IMG/VR virus record: IMGVR_UViG_3300037755_000271
Coordinates: 1 to 24,869 of that record
DNA length: 24,869 bases
Direction: 5' to 3' (one strand)
Source: a virus
Lineage: Duplodnaviria > Caudoviricetes
Within the stretch, counting starts at the first letter, position 1; every line of letters begins with the position of its first letter. Shown here in pieces: positions 14,826-23,002 of this stretch. Position numbers and translations under genes: made by a program. A model generated the notes under the pieces. It worked only from the letters and a program-made list of their open reading frames with translations, was not told the DNA's origin and did no database searches.

Positions 14826-17726
14826 ATGGCAGGCCCGTGGGAGAAGTATCAGCAACAGCAGGTGCCGCAGGCATCTGAAGGTCCCTGGTCGAAATATCAG
14901 CAAAGTAGCCCACAGGTTACACCTCCGGCCGACCCGGCCGCACAGCCGAAGCTTGGCTCGGCCGTGGGCGTTCCCGGCTTGGAGCACGCCGCGCTGCCGG
15001 AGGTGACGGTGGAGCACGTTCCGGCTGATCGCATTCGGCAGACCAGCTGGCAAGGCGCGCGGGAAGGCATCGCGAGCATCCCCGGATCGCTGGTCGATCT
15101 GACGACGGGAGCAGCGAATCTTGGCATTGCTGGCGCAGAGAAGGCCGTCAATTGGTTCCGCGACGAGCCGGCCGATTTTGGACGTCTTGGCGGTCCGGTA
15201 ACCCTGCCGGAGTGGCTGCCAGGAGTCGGCGGCATGAAGCTAGCCGGCCCGCTCGGCAGCACGGCGCAAATCAATCAGGCGGTCGAAAAGACGCTCGATC
15301 TGGAAAACATTCCAGAGCACACCATGACCGACACGGAGCGGCTGGCATATAACATCAACAAGCTCGGTGCCGGCGCGATCACCGGCGGTGGATTACTTTC
15401 CCGCTTGTCCAGCGCGACCCGGCCCGGCACCTACAGCCATGAACTGACCCGGCCGTATCGCGAGGGCGTCGAGAGCGCCGCCACGATGCCTGGCCCGATT
15501 CGCGCCGAGGTGGAGGCCGCCAAGCCGCTGATGGTCGACGCCGCGTCCGGAGCGGGCGCCGGAGCCGCGCTGACCGGCTCTCAGGAGGTGTTTCCGGACA
15601 GCCCGATTGCCGATATGGCCGCCACGATGCTTGGCGGCCTGGGCGGGGCGACGGCGGTCACCGCCGGCCGGGTGCCGAGCATTGCGGCGCGCAACATCTA
15701 CGAGCGGAACTTCGTCGATCCAAACATACCTTTCGATCCCAAAACTGAGCTTGGCACGAGCCGGCACACGGCGGACGTCGCCGCGCGGCAGGTGCAGAGC
15801 CAGGCCAGCGACCCCGAAGCGGCTGCCGCGGCGATCCGCCAGCGGTCGCAGGAGGCGATCGAGGCCGGCGATCCCATGTCGACCAGCGGCACGGCGAGCG
15901 GTGATATCGGTCTCATGGCCGGCGAGCGCGGCGCGCGCTTGCGCGATCCGGTGCCGTTCCAGGAGCGCGATCAGACGCTGAAAGACGCGGCCGAGGAGCG
16001 AGTGACCGGCCTGCGCGACCCATACGCCGATCCGCGGGCTGCGCAACGGTTCGTGGAGAAGGACGTGGCGCAGCAGCGCGAGACGGCGGCGAAGCCCGTG
16101 GCCGAAGCGGAGGGCCGGCTGACTTCCGCTCAGGAGGCAGAACAGGCGCTCGGCGGCACGGTGCAGGCGCGGCGCGGCGGCACGGTGCAGGCGAGCGAGC
16201 GGCTGGATGAAGCGATCGGGCAGACGAAACAGGCCGACACGGCGCGCAAGTCCGGTCTCTATCGCGAAGCGGAGACCCTTGGCCGAGAGACCCGTGTCGG
16301 CGGAGATACCCTGGCGAACGACGCCGCGGCCATCCGGAGCGAGATCAGTCCCTTGGCCGCTCAGGATCAGTCGCTCAACAACGTACTGCGCGATCTGGAC
16401 ACCCTGGCGACCGTAGAGGGTGAGGCGGCCGGACTGACGGCCACGGACCTGATTCAGATGCGGCCACGGCTCTCGCGGGCGCGCGATGCGGCGTCCCGGC
16501 TGTCGCGCGGCGACACGGTAGAGCGGCTGGATCGCATCAACGGCGGCATTAAGGCGCAGCTTGACAGTCTCGCCGATCAGGGCGATCCGGCGGCGCTGAA
16601 GTGGCAGGAGGCCGAGGCGAATTTCCGAGACGACTTCGCACCGAAGTATCGGGAAGGCGTGGGCAAGCAACTCGACAAGGCGGAGCGGGCTGGATCGCCG
16701 GTCCCGTCGACGCAGGTGGGCGGCCGGTTCCTCGGCGGAAGCAAGGAGGCTGCGGAGAACCTGAAGACTATTCTCCGCAATTCCAGCAGCAAAGCGGAAG
16801 GCGACGCCGCGGCGCGCGACTTCGTGCTGTCCGACATGGCAACCGTCGTCGACAAGAACGGCAAGATCAACATTCACGCGCTGCGCAGCTGGATCGGCAA
16901 CCGCGAGGGGCTGTTCCAGGCTATGCCGAACCTCCGCGAGGAGGCGCAACAAATGTTGCGAGACGCCGTAAACCGGCGCGGCGCCACGACGTCGCTGGAG
17001 AAGGAGTTGAAGGCGGCGACCGAGGGGCTGAAGCGCACGGAAGCGGATATTCAGAACTCCGCCACGGCTCTCCTGCTCGACGCCGACCCGAAGAACGCCG
17101 CATCGCGCGTCTTCTCCCACCGCGACCCCGAGAAGGCGATGCGCGAGATCACGGCCAAGGTGAAGGCCGATCCGGAGGCGCTGGCGGGATGGAAACGGGC
17201 CGTGACGGATCACATGATCCGGCGCGTGACGACTACGAACACTGCCATGTCGGTCGGATCAGACGGTCCGGTGTCGATCGCCGCGCTCAAGAACTTCTTC
17301 GACGACAACGCCAAGGCGCTGGCGGCCGTCTACGCGCCCCAAGAGATGCAGTCGCTCCGGCGTGCCCACAAGATACTCGAGCCGTTGGGCAACTTGCAGC
17401 GCAGCGCCGTATCGGGCTCACAAACCGTCGAGAACCAGGTGCTGAAGGAGAAGACGTGGGGCTTGCTGGAGGTGGGTTTCAAGGCCACCTATGGCATCCT
17501 GAAAGGCGGCGGCATCATGCGCACGCTCAAGATCGCTGCCAAGCAACTGGCCGGGGATGACGATCCGGTTGAGCAGCTGGTCAAGCGCATGTACCTCGAT
17601 CCTGAGTTGGCACAGCATTTGCTTACCCGGAACGTGAAGGAAGTCGGGTCGACCGGCTGGAACCGCCGGCTGGTCAAGCTTCTGGCCGTCTCCGAAGGGG
17701 CGCGCGAGATCAACGACGACGAGTAG
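14826..17726 (+). CDS. Large internal virion / DNA ejection protein (966 aa)
   Basis: Abuts the upstream stop; duplicated N-terminal GPW-x-KYQ; Gly/Ala hydrophobic stretches then long helical regions; last and largest gene of the podovirus virion module. Confidence 0.72.
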   Translation: MAGPWEKYQQQQVPQASEGPWSKYQQSSPQVTPPADPAAQPKLGSAVGVPGLEHAALPEVTVEHVPADRIRQTSWQGAREGIASIPGSLVDLTTGAANLGIAGAEKAVNWFRDEPADFGRLGGPVTLPEWLPGVGGMKLAGPLGSTAQINQAVEKTLDLENIPEHTMTDTERLAYNINKLGAGAITGGGLLSRLSSATRPGTYSHELTRPYREGVESAATMPGPIRAEVEAAKPLMVDAASGAGAGAALTGSQEVFPDSPIADMAATMLGGLGGATAVTAGRVPSIAARNIYERNFVDPNIPFDPKTELGTSRHTADVAARQVQSQASDPEAAAAAIRQRSQEAIEAGDPMSTSGTASGDIGLMAGERGARLRDPVPFQERDQTLKDAAEERVTGLRDPYADPRAAQRFVEKDVAQQRETAAKPVAEAEGRLTSAQEAEQALGGTVQARRGGTVQASERLDEAIGQTKQADTARKSGLYREAETLGRETRVGGDTLANDAAAIRSEISPLAAQDQSLNNVLRDLDTLATVEGEAAGLTATDLIQMRPRLSRARDAASRLSRGDTVERLDRINGGIKAQLDSLADQGDPAALKWQEAEANFRDDFAPKYREGVGKQLDKAERAGSPVPSTQVGGRFLGGSKEAAENLKTILRNSSSKAEGDAAARDFVLSDMATVVDKNGKINIHALRSWIGNREGLFQAMPNLREEAQQMLRDAVNRRGATTSLEKELKAATEGLKRTEADIQNSATALLLDADPKNAASRVFSHRDPEKAMREITAKVKADPEALAGWKRAVTDHMIRRVTTTNTAMSVGSDGPVSIAALKNFFDDNAKALAAVYAPQEMQSLRRAHKILEPLGNLQRSAVSGSQTVENQVLKEKTWGLLEVGFKATYGILKGGGIMRTLKIAAKQLAGDDDPVEQLVKRMYLDPELAQHLLTRNVKEVGSTGWNRRLVKLLAVSEGAREINDDE

Positions 17727-17937
17727 GCAACGGGCTGCCGTAGTCGAACGCGTTGTTCAGCACCTGCGTCTCCGCCTTTCGTTCAGCAGCCTCTAGCTCG
17801 CTCAGGATACTCTCTTTAACGAGACGGACCTGTCGGGCAGTCAACAGCGCCTCTTGCGCGTCGTGATAGGCGTCGATCGCCGCTTGTATTTTTCTCTGAC
17901 GCCGATCCTCCCGCCACTTTCGAAATCTAGCAAGCAC
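17710..17937 (-). CDS. Hypothetical protein (75 aa), opposite strand
   Basis: Strong GGAGGGAGG RBS upstream of GTG 17937 on the - strand; basic N-terminus and amphipathic helix; lower GC; 17-nt convergent overlap with the 966-aa gene. Confidence 0.65.
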   Translation of the reverse strand: MLARFRKWREDRRQRKIQAAIDAYHDAQEALLTARQVRLVKESILSELEAAERKAETQVLNNAFDYGSPLPTRRR

Positions 17938-18008
17938 AGCACCCTCCCTCCGTCTTAGCTAATTTACTCCGTCAATATACCGCCTACGGATGATGTAATC
18001 TAGTGGGC

Positions 18009-18051
18009 TTGTGTCACGCGTGTCGATTTTGTAGGATAGTGAAAATCGACA
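18009..18051 (+). promoter_or_regulatory. Putative promoter with overlapping inverted-repeat operator
   Basis: TTGTGT(18009)-N17-TAGGAT(18032); perfect 10-bp inverted repeat TGTCGATTTT (18021-18030) / AAAATCGACA (18042-18051) straddling the -10. Confidence 0.55.
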
Positions 18052-18067
18052 AACCGGAGACACAATC

Positions 18068-18463
18068 ATGCGCCTTGGCGCCTTGGCTTTTGCCGTTCTT
18101 CTCTCCGCCTGCGCCGCCGATCCGGCGCCTGTTTCGACCCAACGTCATCAGGACCTTCGCGCCGTGCTGGAATGCCCGGCCGGCGAGCGGCCGTTTGCGC
18201 TCCTGGAGAATCAGTTCCGCGCCCGTCTCGGTGACGATCTGAAGCAGGAGAAAGCCGATCCGGCGCTCGCCGCCGTGATCGTCGAGATATACAACAACTC
18301 GCCGCCGGCGTCGAACGTCGAGGCTGACTATGTGGTGCTCTTCAATCACCCGGCGTTCCCGACCGTGGCAGTCGTGCTGGTCGGCGAGCCGGGCTGCATC
18401 CGGGGCAGCTTCGAGGTGCCGCGCGAGGCGCTGATCGTGCTGCGGCAGCGGACGCGAACCTGA
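18068..18463 (+). CDS. Predicted lipoprotein
   Basis: GGAG RBS; MRLGALAFAVLLSA-C signal peptide II with lipobox LSAC. Confidence 0.75.
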   Translation: MRLGALAFAVLLSACAADPAPVSTQRHQDLRAVLECPAGERPFALLENQFRARLGDDLKQEKADPALAAVIVEIYNNSPPASNVEADYVVLFNHPAFPTVAVVLVGEPGCIRGSFEVPREALIVLRQRTRT

Positions 18464-18466
18464 TCG

Positions 18467-19750
18467 ATGGCCAATCAATTTGAGGTTCCTGATGCCGATC
18501 TGCAGCGCATGGTCGACCTGTGTCAGACGATGCATCAGACCGAAGCGGCAATTGAGCTTGGGATAGCGCGGACCACTCTACAGTCTCGAATGCGCATTGC
18601 CAAACAGCGGGGCATCACCCCGAATGCGAAAAAGGTCGAGAACCGCAAAGACACCGAGATCCGCGGACTGAAGGACAAGGTGCTCGAGCTTGAGCGCCAA
18701 CTTAAGTCCGCGCATCGCGACGTGCTAGCTACCGAGGCGATCCGCGGCTTCTTCAGCCTGGCGCAGGATCGGGCTCCGAGCTTTCCCGAATGGGTCGTCA
18801 AGCCGGCGAAGACCACCGGACAGCTTGGCACGCCGCTGGCGCTCTGGAGCGACTGGCATCTCGGCGAGGTGGTCAAGCCGGAGCAGGTGGCCTACATCAA
18901 CCAATACGACCTGAAGATCGCCGAAAAGCGCGTGCGCACGCTGGTCGAGAAGATCATCTACCTGAGCTTCGATTTCGCCAAGAAGCCCGACTATCCAGGC
19001 ATCGTCGTGGCGCTCGGCGGAGACATCATCTCCGGCTTCATCCACCAGGAGCTTCGCGAGACGAACGAAGGCACGATCGCCGAGCAATTGCTTGCCGCGT
19101 ATCGCATCGTCGGCTCCGCGCTGCTCACGCTCGCCGGCCGCTTCGGCCGTGTCTTCGTGACGGGCGTCGTCGGCAACCATGGCCGACTCACCTTCAAGCC
19201 GCAGGCCAAGAACCGGGTCGTCGAAAATCTCGAATGGGCGCTCTACAGCCTGCTCGAGGAGCGGTTCAACCCGGTCGATCCCGCAACCGGCAAGAAGCTC
19301 GCCGGTTACGATGAGCGGTTCGCCTTCTACATCTCGCAGGACACCGACGCGCTATTTACCGTGGCCGGTCATCGGTTCCTGCTGACGCACGGCGATTCGA
19401 CCGGCGCGCGGGGCGGCGACGGCATCATTGGCGCCATTGGTCCGATCGTGCGCGGTGAGAAAAAGGTCCGCGACGTGCAGTCGATGATCGAGATGAACTA
19501 CGACACCGCGCTCATGGGCCACTATCACACCTTCGTCCAGCTTCACAACGTGATCGTCAATCCAACGCTGAAAGGCTACGACGAGTTCGTGAAGAACATG
19601 ATGCGTGCCCGGCCGGAGCCGCCGGCGCAGCTGCTGCTGTTCGTGCATCCCGACTATGGCATCATCGACACCAAGCGCATCTTCGTCGAGACGGTGCGCA
19701 GGGAAGGCCGGACGTCCGACTTCGTGACCATTCCGGGCGTGCGCCGATGA
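18467..19750 (+). CDS. HTH + coiled-coil + calcineurin-like metallophosphoesterase
   Basis: N-terminal HTH (QTEAAIELGIARTTLQSR); motifs SDWHLG, GGDIIS, GNHG, THGD, GHYH in canonical order. Confidence 0.85.
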   Translation: MANQFEVPDADLQRMVDLCQTMHQTEAAIELGIARTTLQSRMRIAKQRGITPNAKKVENRKDTEIRGLKDKVLELERQLKSAHRDVLATEAIRGFFSLAQDRAPSFPEWVVKPAKTTGQLGTPLALWSDWHLGEVVKPEQVAYINQYDLKIAEKRVRTLVEKIIYLSFDFAKKPDYPGIVVALGGDIISGFIHQELRETNEGTIAEQLLAAYRIVGSALLTLAGRFGRVFVTGVVGNHGRLTFKPQAKNRVVENLEWALYSLLEERFNPVDPATGKKLAGYDERFAFYISQDTDALFTVAGHRFLLTHGDSTGARGGDGIIGAIGPIVRGEKKVRDVQSMIEMNYDTALMGHYHTFVQLHNVIVNPTLKGYDEFVKNMMRARPEPPAQLLLFVHPDYGIIDTKRIFVETVRREGRTSDFVTIPGVRR

Positions 19751-20226
19751 TCACTCTCCTCGGCATGATCTTCGGCGGCCTGCTGCGGCTGGCGCCGGAA
19801 ATCCTGAAAGCCTGGAACAAGAAGATGGACCAGGCGCACGAGATCCTGATGCTCGACAAGCAGATGGATCGTGACCGGCTGATGGCTGACCTCGAGATCG
19901 CCAAGCTCGACAAGCAGTCGCAGATCGTGCTCGACAAGGGCGGGCTGGACGCGCTGATGGAGGGCATCCGCGCGCAGGGGCGTGTTACCGGCAACAAGTA
20001 CATCGACTTCATCAACGCGACGATCCGGCCGTTCCTGACGTATTGGTGGTTGTTCATGTACACCTGCGTGAAGCTGAGCCTGATCTACCTGCTCGTGAGC
20101 GGCGGCCAAGGGTGGGCGGACGCCATGCTGTCGGCATGGACGGAGTTCGACGCGGCGACGCTCGGCGGGATCATCAATTTCTGGTTCCTCGATCGAGTGA
20201 TCAAGCACAGGAACCATATCGGATGA
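19747..20226 (+). CDS. Holin-like membrane protein
   Basis: ATGA overlap; hydrophobic N-terminus, IRPFLTYWW helix and IINFWFLDR C-terminal motif as in 3-TM gene-transfer-agent-type holins; upstream of lysozyme. Confidence 0.65.
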   Translation: MITLLGMIFGGLLRLAPEILKAWNKKMDQAHEILMLDKQMDRDRLMADLEIAKLDKQSQIVLDKGGLDALMEGIRAQGRVTGNKYIDFINATIRPFLTYWWLFMYTCVKLSLIYLLVSGGQGWADAMLSAWTEFDAATLGGIINFWFLDRVIKHRNHIG

Positions 20227-20423
20227 CCGGCGACTGGCGCGTCCGCCTTGGCATCGTGCTCGGAGCGATGGTGTTCAGCGCCGGCATGATCGTGTGGAGC
20301 ACGGTCGATCCGACAGGCATGGCCGAGCGCAATAACTCGGCCGCATGGTGGTGCATCACCGCCGTCGTCATCGCCGCCTTGGGCGTCTCTGCGCTGAGTG
20401 ATCGCCTTGCGATACGCTCTTGA
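20223..20423 (+). CDS. Small two-TM membrane protein (66 aa; holin/antiholin-like)
   Basis: ATG 20223 overlaps the upstream TGA; MTGDWRVRLGIVLGAMVFSAGMIVW...AAWWCITAVVIAALGV, two hydrophobic helices. Confidence 0.65.
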   Translation: MTGDWRVRLGIVLGAMVFSAGMIVWSTVDPTGMAERNNSAAWWCITAVVIAALGVSALSDRLAIRS

Positions 20424-20853
20424 GCCGGCTGCCAATCTGATCAAGCAATACGAAGGTCTGCACCGGCGCCTGCCGAGCGGCCTGATCGGCGCCTACCGCT
20501 GCCCCGCCGGCGTGCCTACAATCGGGTGGGGTCACGTCTGCCCGGCCGACCAGCCTGACATCACCATCAAAGATGCGATGATCTTGCTCTCCGAGGACGC
20601 CGACAAAGCTGCCTCAACCGTCGAGCGCGCCGTCACCGCTCCATTAACCAAAAATCAGTTAAACGCGCTCGTCAGCTTCGTTTTCAATGTCGGATCAGGG
20701 AATTTCCGAGCGTCGACACTACTACGTAAATTGAACCGGGGCGACCTGTCCGGCGCCGCGGAGGAGTTCCCGAAATGGAAGTTCGCCGGCGGTCGCGTGC
20801 TGGCGGGTTTGGTGGCCAGGCGCTTGGCCGAACAGGCTCTTTTCCTGTCCTGA
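20398..20853 (+). CDS. Endolysin, glycoside hydrolase family 24 lysozyme
   Basis: IKQYEG...AYRCPAGVPTIGWGH, NQLNALVSFVFNVG, STLLRKLN, GLVARRLAEQALF. Confidence 0.95.
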   Translation: MIALRYALEPAANLIKQYEGLHRRLPSGLIGAYRCPAGVPTIGWGHVCPADQPDITIKDAMILLSEDADKAASTVERAVTAPLTKNQLNALVSFVFNVGSGNFRASTLLRKLNRGDLSGAAEEFPKWKFAGGRVLAGLVARRLAEQALFLS

Positions 20854-20886
20854 AGTACTAAATTCCGCATTGCATCACATTAACCA

Positions 20887-20926
20887 TTGACGGCAAACAC
20901 GACACAATGTAGTGTCGCGTTTGTCG
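20887..20926 (+). promoter_or_regulatory. Promoter of the regulator-xis-int operon with inverted operator pair
   Basis: TTGACG(20887)-N17-TAGTGT(20910); inverted repeat CGGCAAACACGACAC (20891-20905) / GTGTCGCGTTTGTCG (20912-20926), 13/15 match. Confidence 0.65.
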
Positions 20927-20957
20927 AGTTTATAAACCTGAATCAAGGGTGGTTACG

Positions 20958-21641
20958 ATGGCACAAAAGAAAAAGGGTGCGAAGATATCCTTCCGATCCT
21001 CCGGTCGAATCCGAAAAGAGACACCGGAACAGGCGGACGAACGTAGGTATCAAGAGTGGGCCGCCAAGACGCCTTTGCCGCCGGCCGCGGATCACCTCGT
21101 GGAGGCCGCGGTTAAGCGCATCGACGCTGAACAGCGCAAGCAGTGGGGCAACCCGCCGCCAGATGAGGAAACGGCCAAGATGATGTTCCAAGGGCGCCTC
21201 CGCGCCGCCATGGACGTCAAGGGCTGGCGACAGTCCGATCTAGCGCGGCACTGCGCACGGCTCTCCGGACAGGAATTCAACCGCGACACCGTGTCGACGT
21301 ACCTCCGCAAGAACAAGAGCCACATGCCGGGCCGCGCCAACGTCGCCATCATGGCCAAGGCGCTCGGCATACCGACCGATCTACTGCTCCCGGAGCGCGA
21401 GCGGCAGATATCGCAGATCGACGGGCACGCGATCGGCTGGTCAGCGGAGCGGCAAGAAAACGGTCTGTCGTTCTTGCGCATCCGCATGGCCGTACGACCA
21501 ATGACGGCCGCCAAAATCATCGGGATACTGTCAGAAGAAGAAAACGTGCTGCAGGACATCCCGCCAACGAAGACAGGGAAATCAGCAGACCATGGATCAA
21601 GAGGACGGACACAAGTTTCTGAGCACGGGCGCCGCGGCTGA
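20958..21641 (+). CDS. XRE/Cro-C1 family HTH transcriptional regulator (candidate repressor)
   Basis: RLRAAMDVKGWRQSDLARH...RDTVSTYLR...PGRANVAIMAKALGIPTDLL; no C-terminal S24 peptidase visible. Start could be 20949 or 20958. Confidence 0.82.
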   Translation: MAQKKKGAKISFRSSGRIRKETPEQADERRYQEWAAKTPLPPAADHLVEAAVKRIDAEQRKQWGNPPPDEETAKMMFQGRLRAAMDVKGWRQSDLARHCARLSGQEFNRDTVSTYLRKNKSHMPGRANVAIMAKALGIPTDLLLPERERQISQIDGHAIGWSAERQENGLSFLRIRMAVRPMTAAKIIGILSEEENVLQDIPPTKTGKSADHGSRGRTQVSEHGRRG

Positions 21642-21996
21642 ATACCTCGGCGTCACGCAGCGCACGCTCCAGCGATGGGCGAAAGAAGGCCGGATCAAGC
21701 CGGCCATGAAGACCGCCGGCGGGCACACCCGCTACAGGGAACACGACTTGAAGGAGTACCGTAAATGCCTCGCAGGAAGCGCGAAAGCAAGTGGCTCGTC
21801 AAAGAGCCAAACGGCGTCTGGTATGCCTACTGGTCTGCGCGAATCCGTGGCCGAACGAGAACTGTCCGCCAGTCGCTCGGTGAGACAGATGAGAGCAAAG
21901 CGGAGATTAAGCTCGCCCGCATGCGGCTCGATGGAACACTCGACGACTTCACCAAGACCCACAAAAGTGGAAAACTCACCGTTTCCATGGTCCTAG
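21592..21996 (+). CDS. MerR-like winged HTH, excisionase/RDF-like
   Basis: FLSTGAAAEYLGVTQRTLQRWAKEGRIKPAMKTAGGHTRYREHDL in the first ~55 aa; directly upstream of the integrase. Confidence 0.8.
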   Translation: MDQEDGHKFLSTGAAAEYLGVTQRTLQRWAKEGRIKPAMKTAGGHTRYREHDLKEYRKCLAGSAKASGSSKSQTASGMPTGLRESVAERELSASRSVRQMRAKRRLSSPACGSMEHSTTSPRPTKVENSPFPWS

Positions 21997-22880
21997 CCGA
22001 CTACTGGCGGGAGCACGGGTCGAAGTGCGTCAGCGCGCGCACGATCAAGCAGCGCATCGCTCGGCTGGAGGGAGGTCTCGGCGCCTTCCCGGTCGACGAA
22101 CTGGCCATCGTAGATTTCGACCGCTACCTGGACAATCGCCGGAAGGGCGTGGTGACCTGCGCGGCGAAAGGGCACATCGGCAAGACGGTCGGTAACGGGT
22201 CGCTTCGAAACGAGCTCGCGATACTCGCCGCGGCGATCCGCCACGCCGTCAAATGGAAGCGCCTGGACGCGCTCAAAGCGCCTACGATCGTGCTGCCGCC
22301 GTCTCCAGCGCCGAAGCCGCTGTGGCTCTACAAGGACGAACTGGAGCGTCTGTTCGCTGAAGGCGAAGGCACCCGGATCGGCGACTTCTGCCGAATCGCC
22401 TATTACACGGGCGCGCGCCGGAGCTCAGTCGAGGCGTTAACCGTATTTCAGGTGAGCCTGGAAAAGAACCGGATACGACTCGATAAGCCGGGTGCGGCAG
22501 TAACCAGCAAGCGCCGGCCTATCGTGCCGATCGCCAAGCCGCTGAGGTCGACGATTGAACGGTGCCTGAGCGAAGCGAAGGCTGCGGGCAGCACGTACCT
22601 GCTCGGCGACGTCAAGCCGCGGATCGGGCAGTTCGACCGGCTGGTCCGGCGGGCCGGGCTGGCGATGCTGCCGGAACGCGATATGCGGCCCGCCGGCAAA
22701 CCAACGCCGCACACGCTGCGGCACAGCCGGGCGACCCACCTGCTGCAGGCTGGCGTGAGCCCGTGGGCCGTGGCGCAGCTGCTCGGCGACCGGCTGGAAA
22801 CCGTGACGCGGGTCTACGGCCACGCATGCAGCGATCACCTCGAGCAGGCGCTCGAAGGCATGGATGAACTAGGGTCGTAA
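21765..22880 (+). CDS. int: Tyrosine recombinase (phage integrase)
   Basis: AAGGAG RBS; N-terminal arm-binding-like beta sheet; YTGARR, SKRR, HTLRHSRAT, LLGD...VYGH catalytic motifs. Confidence 0.92.
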   Translation: MPRRKRESKWLVKEPNGVWYAYWSARIRGRTRTVRQSLGETDESKAEIKLARMRLDGTLDDFTKTHKSGKLTVSMVLADYWREHGSKCVSARTIKQRIARLEGGLGAFPVDELAIVDFDRYLDNRRKGVVTCAAKGHIGKTVGNGSLRNELAILAAAIRHAVKWKRLDALKAPTIVLPPSPAPKPLWLYKDELERLFAEGEGTRIGDFCRIAYYTGARRSSVEALTVFQVSLEKNRIRLDKPGAAVTSKRRPIVPIAKPLRSTIERCLSEAKAAGSTYLLGDVKPRIGQFDRLVRRAGLAMLPERDMRPAGKPTPHTLRHSRATHLLQAGVSPWAVAQLLGDRLETVTRVYGHACSDHLEQALEGMDELGS

Positions 22881-22902
22881 CACCCCATTCGGTCGCAAGA
22901 AC

Positions 22903-22978
22903 GTGTCGTGTTTGTCGTACGGAAGTAGTGCTAACTGGTTAACAGACCAGAATAGCCGCCACACGACAAAATCGACAC
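22903..22978. repeat. Symmetric inverted-repeat element, candidate attP or regulatory site
   Basis: GTGTCGTGTTTGTCG (22903-22917) - N20 - GTTAAC (22938-22943) - N20 - CGACAAAATCGACAC (22964-22978), just downstream of int. Confidence 0.6.
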
Positions 22979-22987
22979 AGTGTTATA

Positions 22988-23002
22988 GTACAACTCTTGT
23001 TC
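22988..23002 (-). promoter_or_regulatory. Candidate alphaproteobacterial LexA (SOS) box
   Basis: GAAC-AAGAGTT-GTAC on the - strand (GAAC-N7-GTAC), overlapping promoter-like hexamers. Confidence 0.4.

Noticed and set aside
1570-17213. Long antisense ORFs (1570-2994, 4836-5915, 6008-7036, 9101-10048, 11108-12466, 13665-15053, 15393-17213)
   Set aside because: Shadow frames of high-GC genes; Arg/His/Leu-rich, no motifs or RBS, fully overlapping well-supported + strand genes.
20644-20662. Two TTAA boxes in the lysozyme gene as a full CtrA site
   Set aside because: Spacing is 11 nt rather than 7 and the site is within coding sequence.
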